From contig CBFDEM010000035.1 in the NCBI GenBank assembly GCA_965603825.1, positions 1 through 64,000 on the forward strand: a stretch of DNA of 64,000 nt. Direction: 5' to 3'. The position numbers and the translations under genes were made by a program. The notes below the pieces were generated by a model. That model made no database searches and was not told the origin of the DNA. It worked only from the letters and a program-made list of their open reading frames with translations. Below, in pieces: positions 23,822 through 36,393 of the stretch (position 1 is the stretch's first letter; every line of letters begins with the position of its first letter). The stretch is from Blepharisma stoltei ATCC 30299 (taxonomy: Eukaryota > Protista > Ciliophora).

Positions 23822-24778
23822 ATGAACCAGGTTCTCTATAACAATAACTTGCTTGGCAACATTTTATCATTCTTAACTCCGCTTGAGATTCTATCCTCGA
23901 TTCCTCATGTTAGCAAGGTTTTTTATCACACATCAAAAACAAGCTGGGCCATTGAAAGATTATTTTCAAGCATGCTTCCTGAGATTTTTTGAATTAGGCC
24001 GCCTCTTGACTACCCATGTATAATAACTTTCAAAGGCCTTTTCAATAAAATCTACAAAGGCGCTCGATTATTATTTTATTTTCGAATTTGCAAGATATGC
24101 GGCAGGTTGCTTATCCTTGATTCGTATCCTTATGAAAATGGATCTATTACTCAAGTTCATAAAAGATCATATACAAGGCATCGGCGTTTCCAAAGAGTTT
24201 CTCTACATGCCTATAGGGCTAATTTTACACTGTATATAGGTGATGAAGAAAAACACACCTGCAAGAATTTTTGCCAAGAAGAGTCTACAAACGGAATCAA
24301 TTGTGAGTGATACTTAAAATTTTTAGAAAATAAAATTCAAAAAAAAGAATTTTTTAATCTCAAAAGATTTGTGGAGGATTACAAGATTTCTGAAACTAAT
24401 TATAACAACTCATTGATCTGTGGGCTAGGAGTGGGTATTAAAAGCTTTATGCAAATGATTACAGTGGGAGGAAACTGTTTGATGTTTCATAGCAACTTTA
24501 ACTTTAAAAACAACTCAAGGATTGTATTAGAAAAATGTATAGAGTTTGGAGGAAATTATAGGGAAGCTTATATGTTTAAAAGTGCTAAAGAAAAATGCTT
24601 GATTTTAATCGAGCTAATGAAATTTTTAATTAGTTCAAAAGTAATATATTCAGCTTGCATAGGAAATGGCTCAAATAGAATATTAGTGGATGGAGAGGGT
24701 GTAAAATTAACCAAATTTTCAGATTTTTATCAAAAGAAATATAACGTCGTTCTTTTTGACACAGAGGATATTAATTAA
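23822..24778 (+). CDS. F-box-like protein with CxxC...HxC motif, paralog 3 (318 aa)
   Basis: MNQVLYNNNLLGNILSFLTPLEILSSIPHVSKVF; CKIC...HTC; single frame through two TGA codons to TAA. Confidence 0.8.
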
Positions 24779-25004
24779 TAAATATTGACTGCCCAAAAAA
24801 AAATTACATAAAATATGCATTTTGCTGATCGATTCCCGACAGTTCAGTCGCTATAGGCTTCAATCTGCTAATAAATACTTAGAAGTAAATATTCAAAGCT
24901 ATATGAAATTAATTATATTTGGAGAAAGCCACTTGATGCTTCAGGGCAATTTGATTTTAAAATAAGGCTAAGTTATATTAAAGTTTGGCAAAGCCCATAG
25001 TTTA

Positions 25005-25100
25005 GAATGCCATGAAAGATGTTGTTTGATTTTAATTGAACTTGTAAAATTTTTAATAATAAATGGTATTTGTTTGGAGAATTTTTCAAGAAACTATTAG
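25005..25100 (+). pseudogene. Relic fragment of a fourth F-box-family copy
   Basis: ECHERCCLILIELVKFLIINGI matches KEKCLILIELMKFLISSKV (paralog 3) and KKVCLIIIELILFLIKNKI (paralog 1). No intact upstream frame. Confidence 0.65.
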
Positions 25101-25186
25101 TTTTTGATTTTAATCAAAAATTATGTAACTTCACTTTTTATAACATTAGAAATAATTCATAAATCTGGTTTCTACTAATAATCATA

Positions 25187-26254
25187 ATGAATATAAATGT
25201 TGCTGTCCGAGTTAGACCATTCATTCGTTTTGAACTCCAATCTGCTGATAATCAATGCTGCATAGATATAGAAGGCAATTCTACAATAATCACAGACCCT
25301 AAAAGTCTTGAGTCCGAACAATTTTTGTTTAATAATTCATTTTGGTCACATGATGGTTTTGTTGAAAGGGAAGATGGGCTCTGTTTGCGAACTTCGAGCA
25401 AGTTTGCAGGATCGGAAGATATAAATGAAGAATACAGTACCAAACTCTTAAATAATTTACTCGAAGGCTACAATTCCTGCATTTTTTCATATGGCCAGAC
25501 CGCATCAGGAAAGACATTTTCAATGTATGGAATTGGCAATACCCAAGGGATTATACCTTATACATGTGAAAAGCTGCTTTCAAGGCTAAATAATTTATCA
25601 GAAAATGAGATATTGATAAGTATGTATGAAATTTATACCGAAGAAATCTATGATTTATTGGTCCCGAAAACTAGTTGGCCTAAGCATGGACTAAAAATAA
25701 GAACAAACAGCGATCATGAATTCTTTGTTGAAAACCTTTCGAAGCACCCTGTTAGAAGTCCTGAAGACTTCCAAGAATTGATAAGAAGAGGCTCAACAAA
25801 TAAGCGATCCTTCCAAGCTCTGATGAATCAAATTGCAGGGTATTCTCATGTTTTTTTGATATTAGAATTGAAACAAAGAGTCAACCAAGAAGATAAAGTG
25901 TTAGAAATGAGCAGTTTTATTACTTTTGCAGACCTTGCTGCGAAGCAAAGAGTTTTTGCATGTGCCACTCTTGAAAAATACGTTATATCACTTAATTCTT
26001 CTATTGCTGCACTGCAGACAGTTGTAAAAAATTTGGCAAATCCTGCTAGTAGAGGCGGAGTAATACGCTACAGAGAGTCTGCCTTAACTAGAATTTTGGC
26101 GAATGCATTAGGAGGAAACTGTAAAACCTACATGATTTGCACTTTGTCTCCATCTTCTAAATACTATGAAGATACCAAAAAAGATCTGAAATTTGCTTCT
26201 GTAGTGAAAAAAATTCGAAATCAGCCAGTCCCTAATCAATACAAAGAAATTTAG
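25187..26254 (+). CDS. Kinesin motor-domain protein (kinesin-3-like N-terminus) with degenerate switch motifs
   Basis: VAVRVRPF, SFWSHDG, YGQTASGKT, EIYTEEIYDLL, YRESALTRIL, LGGNCKT. Switch I and switch II are altered. Confidence 0.9.
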   Translation: MNINVAVRVRPFIRFELQSADNQCCIDIEGNSTIITDPKSLESEQFLFNNSFWSHDGFVEREDGLCLRTSSKFAGSEDINEEYSTKLLNNLLEGYNSCIFSYGQTASGKTFSMYGIGNTQGIIPYTCEKLLSRLNNLSENEILISMYEIYTEEIYDLLVPKTSWPKHGLKIRTNSDHEFFVENLSKHPVRSPEDFQELIRRGSTNKRSFQALMNQIAGYSHVFLILELKQRVNQEDKVLEMSSFITFADLAAKQRVFACATLEKYVISLNSSIAALQTVVKNLANPASRGGVIRYRESALTRILANALGGNCKTYMICTLSPSSKYYEDTKKDLKFASVVKKIRNQPVPNQYKEI

Positions 26255-26581
26255 GGCTATATATTTTTTATTAATTATATAACTTAAAATATTTTTATAT
26301 GGAAAGATTGAGAAGTTGGAGAAAAATCTAATCAGCCAAATGGAAAATTTCACATAAATTGATTATTTGGCAAAACTCAATTAGCAGGAAAGCAGATTAG
26401 GCCTGGATATAGAAATTTGATAACCTGGGAACGAAATTGAAATGATTAAAAGGGAAAAAATAATAAATTGCGAGTATGAATGCAGTCCTTAAATCTGTTT
26501 TTGAATTTAGCTTCTTAGCTCACATATAAGCTGTTTGCTAAATTTGTAAAATTCTATTAAATCTTAAAAAAATATAATAAA

Positions 26582-28097
26582 ATGTTCAACCCAGCCCAGT
26601 TCGAAGCTTACAAAAACATGATGAACGGCTCAAACATGAAGCAAAGCGCTGATATGATGTCGAAGATGACTGACGACCAGCTCAGACAATACCTGTCAAT
26701 GGCTGGGATGGGGAATATGGATCCATCATTCTTTAGGACTGCAGCAGCAAGTATGTCAAAGATGGACGAATCCACCTTGGAAAACATGAAAAACAACGTC
26801 CCAGCTGGTCGATTTCCTCAACAATCCCCTCCACCACAGCCTGAGCCTCCAACTGCAACAGTGGTTGAAGCAACAGAAATAAAGAACCAAGGAAACACAT
26901 ATTTTAATCAAGGAAAATACAAAGAAGCCATTGACCGATACGAGGAAGCTTTAAGAAAGCTGCAAAAAGAGCCACTTTCAGAGTCAGCAAAAACCTTAGA
27001 AATTTCTTGCAGAATGAATTTAGCCAACTGTTTAGCCAAATTTGAGGATTATGACCAAATAATCGAACAGTGCAAAAAGGTCTTGATTTTTGGAGGAAAT
27101 GCAAAGGCTTATTACAGATATGGACAGGCTTTAATGAAAAAAGGAGAATTAAAAGAAGCTAAAACGAAACTAGAAGAAGCTAAAAAACTGTCACCAAGTG
27201 ACGAAAACAGTAAGATTTACATTAGTTACAAAGTTATTAGAGGAGGTCAGAGCTGCTTCACTTGAAGCTTCACCGAAGAAAAATTCTCCGAAAATCGAAG
27301 AAATTGACGAACCAGTGAAAAAAGAAGACCCAAAGCCAACTGGACAGCTGAGCAATAAAGAAAAAAATCGAGGGATCGAGCTTAATGAAAAACTTCTCCA
27401 AGAAGAAACAAAAAATCCACCAAAAGAAGAAAAAGTTCCACAAAAAGAAGAAAAAGCTCCACAAAAGAAAATTATCATTGAAGAGCAAACGGAAGAACCT
27501 CCAAAGCAGCCTGCTCCGGCTATAAACACTCCTATAGTTCCTCCAGGAAATATGAATAGTGAAATGATGAATAAAGGCATGGAAACTTTAAAAAACATGA
27601 GCCCTGAAGATTTGGAGAGGATGACATCTTCTATTAAGAACATGGATCCGAAGTTCATGGAAAGCATGATGAAGAGCCAAGGATTAAACGTTTCGTCTGA
27701 ACAAATACAAAATATGACTAAGATGATGAGCCCTGAAACCATCAAAATGATGTCACAAATGATGGGATCGGGAGGATTCCCTACTGCTGCTCCACAACAG
27801 CCTGGCTCAGCAGCAGCAGAAGCAAACCCTGGCATGCCGCAAATAAACGCAAACATGGTCCAAACCATGCTAAACAACCCTGAAATGAAAAACATGATGG
27901 GCCAAATGCTTGGCACCCAATTCGGCAGAAGTCCAGCCGAAATGGAAACAGTGATCGACTGCGTCAGCAAGTGCATGAATTTTGTTATGAAATTTGTAAA
28001 CGCATACAGATTTTGCATGGGCGGAAACAGAAAATACATATCAAGTGCAGCTTTAGTAGGGCTGTTTTCTTACTGGATGGGGTGGATTAATATATAA
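26582..28097 (+). CDS. TPR-clamp, Met-rich, tail-anchored co-chaperone receptor (OEP61/TPR7-like); intron 27210-27225
   Basis: The 16-nt intron GTAAGATTTACATTAG joins two ORFs (ENITKLLEEV). Clamp residues KNQGN..F...Y, N.A.C, KAYYR; Met-rich repeats on both sides; C-terminal hydrophobic tail. Confidence 0.8.
27210..27225 (+). other. 16-nt spliceosomal intron GTAAGATTTACATTAG
   Basis: Removal fixes the frame shift between two halves of one protein. Confidence 0.85.
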
Positions 28098-28139
28098 CTT
28101 ATAATGAGTACTCTTAAGCATTTTTATATTTCTTATAAA

Positions 28140-29201
28140 ATGAAAATTATTATCGACTGTAGAAAGATAGGAACATTCTCAGATATTGAGATAAACGATA
28201 ACCTGCCATTATTGCAACAAATCATATCCTATCTGGATAGCCTAAGTATTGATACATCTCAAGCTCTTGTTGTCTATGGAGGGAAACAAATTAATCCCGA
28301 ACTTACAATTTTGAATCTCCCAGGACTAAGTAACACTCCAAAATTTCTTGTGTCTAAGCGTACAGTCCGCAATAATGGCCCAAATGTCATGCCTCAGGCC
28401 CCACCTCTGTATGAGTCTCAGCCTAATCCGGAACCCCAGCCTCAAATTGCAGTTAATAGTAATCATGAAAAAATCGCAAACAGCGATTTAGAAAGTGATG
28501 GTGAAGAAAAACCGATCCCAAATTCAAGCAAAAAATGCAGCGCTGCACAAGATAAAAGTTTAAACATTGCACAAGTAAAAAATGCAAGCTGTGCGCAAAA
28601 GAAAAGTGCAAGCACCATGCAAGAGAATAGTCCAAGCAGTGCACAAGAGAAAAGCCCAAACAATATACAAGATGATACCAATTGGGATTGGAAACTTGCA
28701 CAATTAATGGAAGAAGGCTATGAGTTTGAAGATGCATATAAGGCTCTACAAGAATATGATGGTAATCTCGAGGAGTCAAGAAAATACTTAAAAGAGTTAC
28801 ATGTTCCAGAAGATGTTCCAGAAGAGCCACCAAGCAGCACAAATGATGATGCTACCATATTAGACAATCTGCTTAAAAGCAAGGATCCAACAATTGTAGA
28901 CTTAAGGGCGAAAATAAGGAACGACCCCGGGTACATTTGGCAGTGGATTGAAAATTTAAAAGAGCAAGGTCAAAAGGTTTGAATTGACTTTTTTGAAAGA
29001 AATGCTTATATAATAGTGGATGCTATATTTGATTCTCCAGAAGAAGTAACACCAAAGCCTCCAAACAAGCCACTCCTGAAAGAAAACAAGCCACCGCCTG
29101 CCGAATCAAAACCACTAAAAAAGCTAGATGGCATTGAATCAGATTCAGACATGAGTGATGTGAGCTTTGACAGCAATGATTCTGAGTTAAATGAGATATA
29201 A
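28140..29201 (+). CDS. Ubiquitin-like plus UBA domain protein (Rad23-like architecture)
   Basis: N-terminal UBL-like LVVYGGKQI, UBA-like LAQLMEEGYEFEDAYKALQEYDGNLEESRKYL, then LRAKIRNDP. Joined by TGA 28980. Confidence 0.65.
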
Positions 29202-29275
29202 GTAATTAATATCATAAACAAAGTAAAAATTCTATAATTGTGTGCAAATATATATAATAAAATGGTAAATTATGA

Positions 29276-30904
<1,629 letters not shown>

Positions 30905-31032
30905 TTTAAAATTATTTGAAATGAATAAATATGAAGCAGATTATAATGATTTTTATATAAATTTGGCATTAAAAATAGAGAAAATAACACAGTAAAATTA
31001 ATGTATCTGTTAGAAATGATTAATTAGTAAAA

Positions 31033-31502
31033 ATGAATGAAGGATTGCTCCCATTGCTTGACAGTTCGGAAGATGAGTCAGAATTAGATAACTTCCCTTT
31101 TACTATGCCTGGGTTAATCACAATGCCAAGCACAGGGAGAAGGTTTACACAATGGTCAAAAGAGTCAGCCAGTGCAACTGAAGTCAGCAATCCTGAGTTT
31201 TCGCCAATCAGAAGCCACAAGCGACGATCCACAATGGCTACAACACTTACTAAAACCCCGACCGTTGATCACAGTTTTCTATTCAAATTAAGATGTGACC
31301 ACTGCAAAGCTTATATCAAGCCTGTCGAGTCCTCAATACCTACTAGTGCAGCCTGATTTGACTGTGGTAGTATGTGCCTACTGGGCTGCTGGTTTGGGAC
31401 TTGCCTTTTTCCCCTCATTGATGCCTCATATCAGCTTTCCCAAAAAAGTGCAGCCAATGCGGAAAAACTTTAATCCCTTCAAGAAATACATTTTCTATAT
31501 AA
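31033..31502 (+). CDS. LITAF-like zinc-ribbon membrane protein; apparent 1-nt frameshift at the A6 run 31442-31447
   Basis: CDHC knuckle and hydrophobic CLLGCWFGTCLFP. The second knuckle KKCSQCGKTL appears only after a frame shift; the uncorrected frame stops at 31473. Confidence 0.7.
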
Positions 31503-31538
31503 AATAATCAATAAATATATAACTAAAATATACACAAA

Positions 31539-32729
31539 ATGGAAGACCTTCCCCAAAAACTCTTTGAAGAAATGCGGAAAGAGTACAATCGATCTTTAAA
31601 TGAAGCTGACATAGAGGACAAATCTGACCTAAAAATTGCCTTCCCAGACCTTACTGTGTGATTTTACAACAAAGACTGCCAGCAAGCTCTATCTGAAGTC
31701 AAGCGCATCTGGGAAAAAGTTACAAGCGACAAATTTGGTAGTAAATCATTGTAAACGCTAATAAGGAACCAATTTCTCCAAATTTTTTCTGAAACTCTTG
31801 TAAGGAGACACCAAAGGTACCTGAAGCTGCTAAAAGAAGCTCCTCTGACTGTAGTCTTAATGTAGAAAAGATTATTAGACACTGCTTTAGGCGTCTATAG
31901 GAACCTGACCCTCCCATACCCTCATTTGAAGGACCAAGATATAGAAACTCTATTAAACCATAATAGCTTATCATTTTTAGAAATAAATGACGCCACTAGG
32001 CTGACGAGCGAAAACATCGAAGATTTGGTACCTGTTTATATGTTGGCGAGCTTTGCAGAAATCACCGATTTAAAGTCAGCGTTTGAAGAAGGCTTTGAAG
32101 GGTACTCGCTGAGGCTGAATATAGGAAACTCGTCATCTGAAACTGATGTAGTTGACATTAGGGGAAATAAAGCGATTTGAGATGCGGCTATACAATTGTA
32201 AGGGATATATAGAGAAAGCGGGTTTAAAGACAAAGCTGCAGAAGTGGTGCTGTATGAGCATACCACGAGGCAGTTTAGGCCGCCAAAAACAGCAGTGGCG
32301 ACTTGTTATATCGATGTATATCAGTATCTACTTCAAGCCAATACTGAGCCTACATCGGTTTTAGAAATAAAATCTTATGAGTCTTCTTTTAAGGTAGAAG
32401 TTCCTCAAAAATACATGTTAATGACTGTAGTAAATGATGAACTCTATGAGTCCCCAAAGCTTGCATTTTCTGTATATTTCAATATATTGATGCCAGAGGA
32501 CAAAATTTATGTCATCACAAAAAGAATCAAATTAATCGCCAACAAGCTTGCAGCGCTCAAAAAAGAAATCGAAAGAACCAACATAAAGCTTGTCCAACAG
32601 ACTGCAGCATTCCCTACTATTCGGTATGACGAGCAAAGGCTGTTTATCTCCACAGAGCGGAAAAGCAACTATGCATGTTTTTCAAAAGCTTGTGCAAAGA
32701 AAAATAAAAAACAATGCGAGGTTATGTAG
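31539..32729 (+). CDS. Hypothetical protein with C-terminal CaaX (CEVM); introns 31751-31765, 31851-31865, 32198-32212
   Basis: Three 15-nt GTA...AG introns each remove an in-frame stop; two TGA codons; ends KKNKKQCEVM*. Confidence 0.78.
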
Positions 32730-32764
32730 ATTATAAATAATGATAATAAGCTAAATAGTTAGCC

Positions 32765-33049
32765 TTAAAAGTGTTTTTGAGGCTTCAATGGTGCTGGGGT
32801 TGCATAAGGCTGATTTGGCTGGAAATCCAACATGGGTCTGACTTGATGCTTGTGATATTCGTCCCTCATTTGCAAAAATGAGTCAAATCCTCCAGCTTTA
32901 ACAAAGCGTCTTCGTACTCTGGAGTTTTTCGCTAGCTCTCTATGATGTACCCACCCTATGTTCAAACACAAAGCCCAATAGAGTAAGCTGACGATAGATC
33001 CTGCTTTTAGCACTGTCTTGAGATAAGAAGGATAGTGAGTTCTCACCAT
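32765..33049 (-). CDS. Small single-TM hypothetical protein (94 aa)
   Basis: Clean ATG-TAA ORF filling the gap between neighbours; one hydrophobic segment. Confidence 0.7.
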   Translation of the reverse strand: MVRTHYPSYLKTVLKAGSIVSLLYWALCLNIGWVHHRELAKNSRVRRRFVKAGGFDSFLQMRDEYHKHQVRPMLDFQPNQPYATPAPLKPQKHF

Positions 33050-33087
33050 TTTAAAGATAATAAGGAACTATTATTCCATATTTATAT

Positions 33088-33948
33088 ATGATTATTGAAG
33101 CTATTAGTGTCCTTTTATTGACGATTGTGATAGGAGCTATAGGCTTTTGGGCGCTTAAACAAAAATCAGGGCCAGTTGTGCAGCCTCAGGAGGTGGAAAA
33201 AAATGCAAAAGGGAGGATGAATTTAAAATTAAGACAGAAACAGACACAAGAGGTAGAAGCAGAAGAAAAGACCGAAGAAGACGACGAAAAGTCAGAGCTA
33301 TCAAGAAGGGAAGCAGCTAAATTAGCGAAAAAAGAAGAGAAAAAAGCACAGAGGGAAGCCAAAAAACAAGCTTATGAAGAAAAGCTGCAGAGGCAGAATG
33401 AAAAAAATGCGAAATATTTAGAGAAAGAAAAAGAAAGAGAGCAAAAAGAAAAGGAAGAGGAAGAAAGGCTGAAGAAGATTGAGGAAGAAAAACAGAAAAA
33501 AGAGGAAGAGGAGTACGCGAAATGGAAAGATATGTTCGCAGTTGATGAAGGAGGAGAAGAAGCTGAAGAAGCTGGGTACGATTTGAAAAAATTCATTGAT
33601 TTTATTAAAATGAGAAAAGTTGTAATGGTTGAAGAACTGGCTTCTGAATTCGGCCTGGACGGAAAAACAGCTGTATCAAGACTAGACGACTTAGAAAAGG
33701 GTGGATGGATTAATGGCATAAAAGACGAGAGAGGGAAATACATTTATATCACAGAAGAAGAGTTTCTGGATGTCAAAAAATACATAGAAAAGAGAGGCAG
33801 GGTGTCACGGGCTGAGCTTTGTAATGAAGGAAATAGGCTGGTAAGGCTGGATCCTACAGAAGAAGATAAAGCAAAAATCCAGGCTGAAGAAAGAGCGCTT
33901 GTAGAAATACTAGAACAAGATGATAAAGAAGAGAGAAAAGGGAATTAA
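33088..33948 (+). CDS. DDRGK1: DDRGK domain-containing protein 1 (UFBP1, UFMylation adaptor)
   Basis: N-terminal TM, charged coiled coil, EEEEYAKWKDMFAVDEGG, KVVMVEELASEFGL, GIKDERGKYIYIT. Confidence 0.93.
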   Translation: MIIEAISVLLLTIVIGAIGFWALKQKSGPVVQPQEVEKNAKGRMNLKLRQKQTQEVEAEEKTEEDDEKSELSRREAAKLAKKEEKKAQREAKKQAYEEKLQRQNEKNAKYLEKEKEREQKEKEEEERLKKIEEEKQKKEEEEYAKWKDMFAVDEGGEEAEEAGYDLKKFIDFIKMRKVVMVEELASEFGLDGKTAVSRLDDLEKGGWINGIKDERGKYIYITEEEFLDVKKYIEKRGRVSRAELCNEGNRLVRLDPTEEDKAKIQAEERALVEILEQDDKEERKGN

Positions 33949-33984
33949 CATTTTTATGATAATTATTCGAGAATAAACATGAAA

Positions 33985-34761
33985 TTATCTTCCTTCGATA
34001 ATCGCTTTTCTCCAGCTGTCTGAAAACTCATCTAAATGCTGCATAAATTCATCTTGGAAGTCTTGAGAATTTCTTCTTGACAGCTGGAGCTTTGGCAGGT
34101 TAAATGCTGTAGGAGTCGGACTTTTTGACTTGATTTTTTCGTCATTTAAAGCAGCTTTTTCGTGATGCAGGCTCTCATATGACTCTTTGATTTTCATTAG
34201 CAAAGCTCCAAAGGGTTTATCAAGCTGTATAACTGTATCAAAAACTGAATTAATAGCTTGATATTTTTCCTCATTACTGGCGTTTTCAGACTTTTTCAGT
34301 TTCTCTAACAGATCAGCTGTCAATTCAGAAAAATCTCTATTATTAGGCATCCTCACAGTGCTTAAGTCTTGGACTTGCTTTGCATCATTAAACACATAAA
34401 ACCCAGACGAGGAATTTTTCAGAAGTTTAATCGGGGAAGGATTTTTGCTTTGTATAGGAGAATCTCCTATAATAAAGTTAAAAGCTGAGCTGGATTTGTG
34501 GTGTTTAGTTGTCTGAACTGTTAAAAATTCTGGATTTGCGGGAGAATTGCTGCGCTGAGTTGGCAAATTTGAACTAATTTTACGAATTTTTTGAGTTTTG
34601 ATAGCTGCGTATGGGGAATTATTTCAGTCTCTATTGGTCAGCCCTACAAATTTGGAATTGGGGGAAATTAAAGAATGTTTTAAATCGAGTTTAAATTTTG
34701 GCTTTGCGTTATTTTGTAATTGATCGCTTTTGTTTCTGAGATGTTGGTGTGGCTTCTGCAT
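33985..34761 (-). CDS. Hypothetical protein with a TSNAXIP1_N-like segment
   Basis: ATG 34761 is in frame through one TGA. VFDTVIQLDKPFGALLMKIKESYE; C-terminal FQDEFMQHLDEFSDSWR. Confidence 0.6.
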
Positions 34762-34827
34762 ATAATTATTAATTAGACAGAAAGCAAAATTGTGATTGAA
34801 AAAAAGCTTAGTTACGGAAAATCCATT

Positions 34828-35241
34828 TTAAGGTTTATTAAGTGTTACTTTGATTATATGCCCATCGATAATTATTGTGGTTTCTTCTTGTTTAGGGACA
34901 TCTTTAAGATCCGCTATATCACTCATTTCACCCATTATCTCAGTAGGAGTATGAGTTTCGTCTGCTAATTTATTTTGTGAAGTCAATATTTCAGTTGAAT
35001 CTGAATTTTTTGGATCTTCATGATGTATTTCCATTTCATCACCAACATCAGTCTCATTTTCTTCTTTCGGAGATAATTTAATTTTCTTCTCATCTGAAGG
35101 AAATTCAGGCGGAGTTCTATACTCAGAATAACTTTCACTGCTTGCTGGGCTCAATTTACACATTTTATTTTCCTGTACTATTGCGCATTCTAGCTCTGTT
35201 CGTTGTCTCTTCAAAGGGCTTAGAGAGTTATCTTCTTCCAT
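34828..35241 (-). CDS. Acidic low-complexity hypothetical protein (137 aa)
   Basis: Clean ATG-TAA ORF; NLS-like PLKRQR. Confidence 0.65.
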   Translation of the reverse strand: MEEDNSLSPLKRQRTELECAIVQENKMCKLSPASSESYSEYRTPPEFPSDEKKIKLSPKEENETDVGDEMEIHHEDPKNSDSTEILTSQNKLADETHTPTEIMGEMSDIADLKDVPKQEETTIIIDGHIIKVTLNKP

Positions 35242-35295
35242 TTTAATTATAATCCCGCCTTATCATATGAAATTAATAAGCAATTTTCTATTTAA

Positions 35296-36393
35296 TTAAA
35301 TGCAATGTTCTATCCAAAGTCTATATAAATGCCCATTGATCTGGTTAAGCCTTTCAATTTCTTCAGAGTTCGCTGCAATATTTTGGTCTTCTTTATTTTC
35401 TTCATTTGGCTCAAATTTTTTCCTTTGGAATTCAAATCCTATTGTATCAGGCTCTCCTTCCAGCTGTTTTTTTAAGATTTTTACAGGCTGATGTGTGAGC
35501 ATTTGCTCTGTAAAATCACTTGGTCTTGGTATGCAAAATAAGCTGACAACTTCTCCTTTGTGAATGCTAAAAGTTTTTATTTTTTGGCCAGTTTGTGGAT
35601 TTAACACAAAAACTTTGTCGGTCGAGGCTAGTAAAAATTGCTCATTTGTGGTAAGGACTAAATTTGTGATAGGCCTTTGGTCGATATCCCAGGTTAAAAT
35701 TTCATTATTTCTATTAAAATAAACTTTCCCATCATCTCCAGCTACATAAAGTTTGTTATTGCCTTGCTCGCTTACTTCAATCGCATTTAATGGACAATTT
35801 ACGAATTTTTCGTAAAAAAATTCCCAATTTCTATACACTTTAAATGACCGATCTCTAGAGCATGAAAAAATGCTTGTCCCTAATACAGCCATATCTGTGA
35901 TAGGCATTAAGTGTTGGGAAAAATTCCTAAAAGGCATATAATTTCCAGCCAAAACTTGGGAAACTGCGAAAACTTGTATTGAGGCATCTTCGCTTGCACT
36001 GATAAAAAATCCTTCAATTATTTGTAAGGCAGTGACTTTATTAAAGTGAGGCTTCCATATATGCATTAACACTCCTGTGTTTATGTCCCATAACATAAGC
36101 TGGCCTTGGACTGTTCCAGCCAGAATCATCCAATTGTAGCTGATTATTGCAGAAACTTGTTCAAGGGTCGAGGACTTTTTTTCTGGGGCTTCTTTGCCAA
36201 ACCTGTAATAATTGATTAATGATTTGTGGCCTTGAGGGGCAATTATTGTGTTATTGGAGAGAGTTAAGCTTTGCTTGTGTAGAGAAATGGTTTCGGTGAA
36301 ATGAGCGAGGAGTGATAGCGTGGGAGGCTCCCAAATATAAATATTGGGATCGTCTTTGGATGTTGATATGACGACCTCACCTAAATATTCCAT
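35296..36393 (-). CDS. WDR18: WD40 protein, WDR18/Ipi3-like
   Basis: WD40 repeats, INYYRFGKE...LEQV, GQLMLWDINTGVLMHIWKPHFNKVT, C-terminal coil. Confidence 0.75.
   Translation of the reverse strand: MEYLGEVVISTSKDDPNIYIWEPPTLSLLAHFTETISLHKQSLTLSNNTIIAPQGHKSLINYYRFGKEAPEKKSSTLEQVSAIISYNWMILAGTVQGQLMLWDINTGVLMHIWKPHFNKVTALQIIEGFFISASEDASIQVFAVSQVLAGNYMPFRNFSQHLMPITDMAVLGTSIFSCSRDRSFKVYRNWEFFYEKFVNCPLNAIEVSEQGNNKLYVAGDDGKVYFNRNNEILTWDIDQRPITNLVLTTNEQFLLASTDKVFVLNPQTGQKIKTFSIHKGEVVSLFCIPRPSDFTEQMLTHQPVKILKKQLEGEPDTIGFEFQRKKFEPNEENKEDQNIAANSEEIERLNQINGHLYRLWIEHCI

Noticed and set aside
27191-28039. 282-aa antisense ORF, and similar shadow ORFs such as 33372-33743 and 39750-40083
   Set aside because: These are reverse-strand shadows of low-complexity coding sequence with no recognisable motifs.
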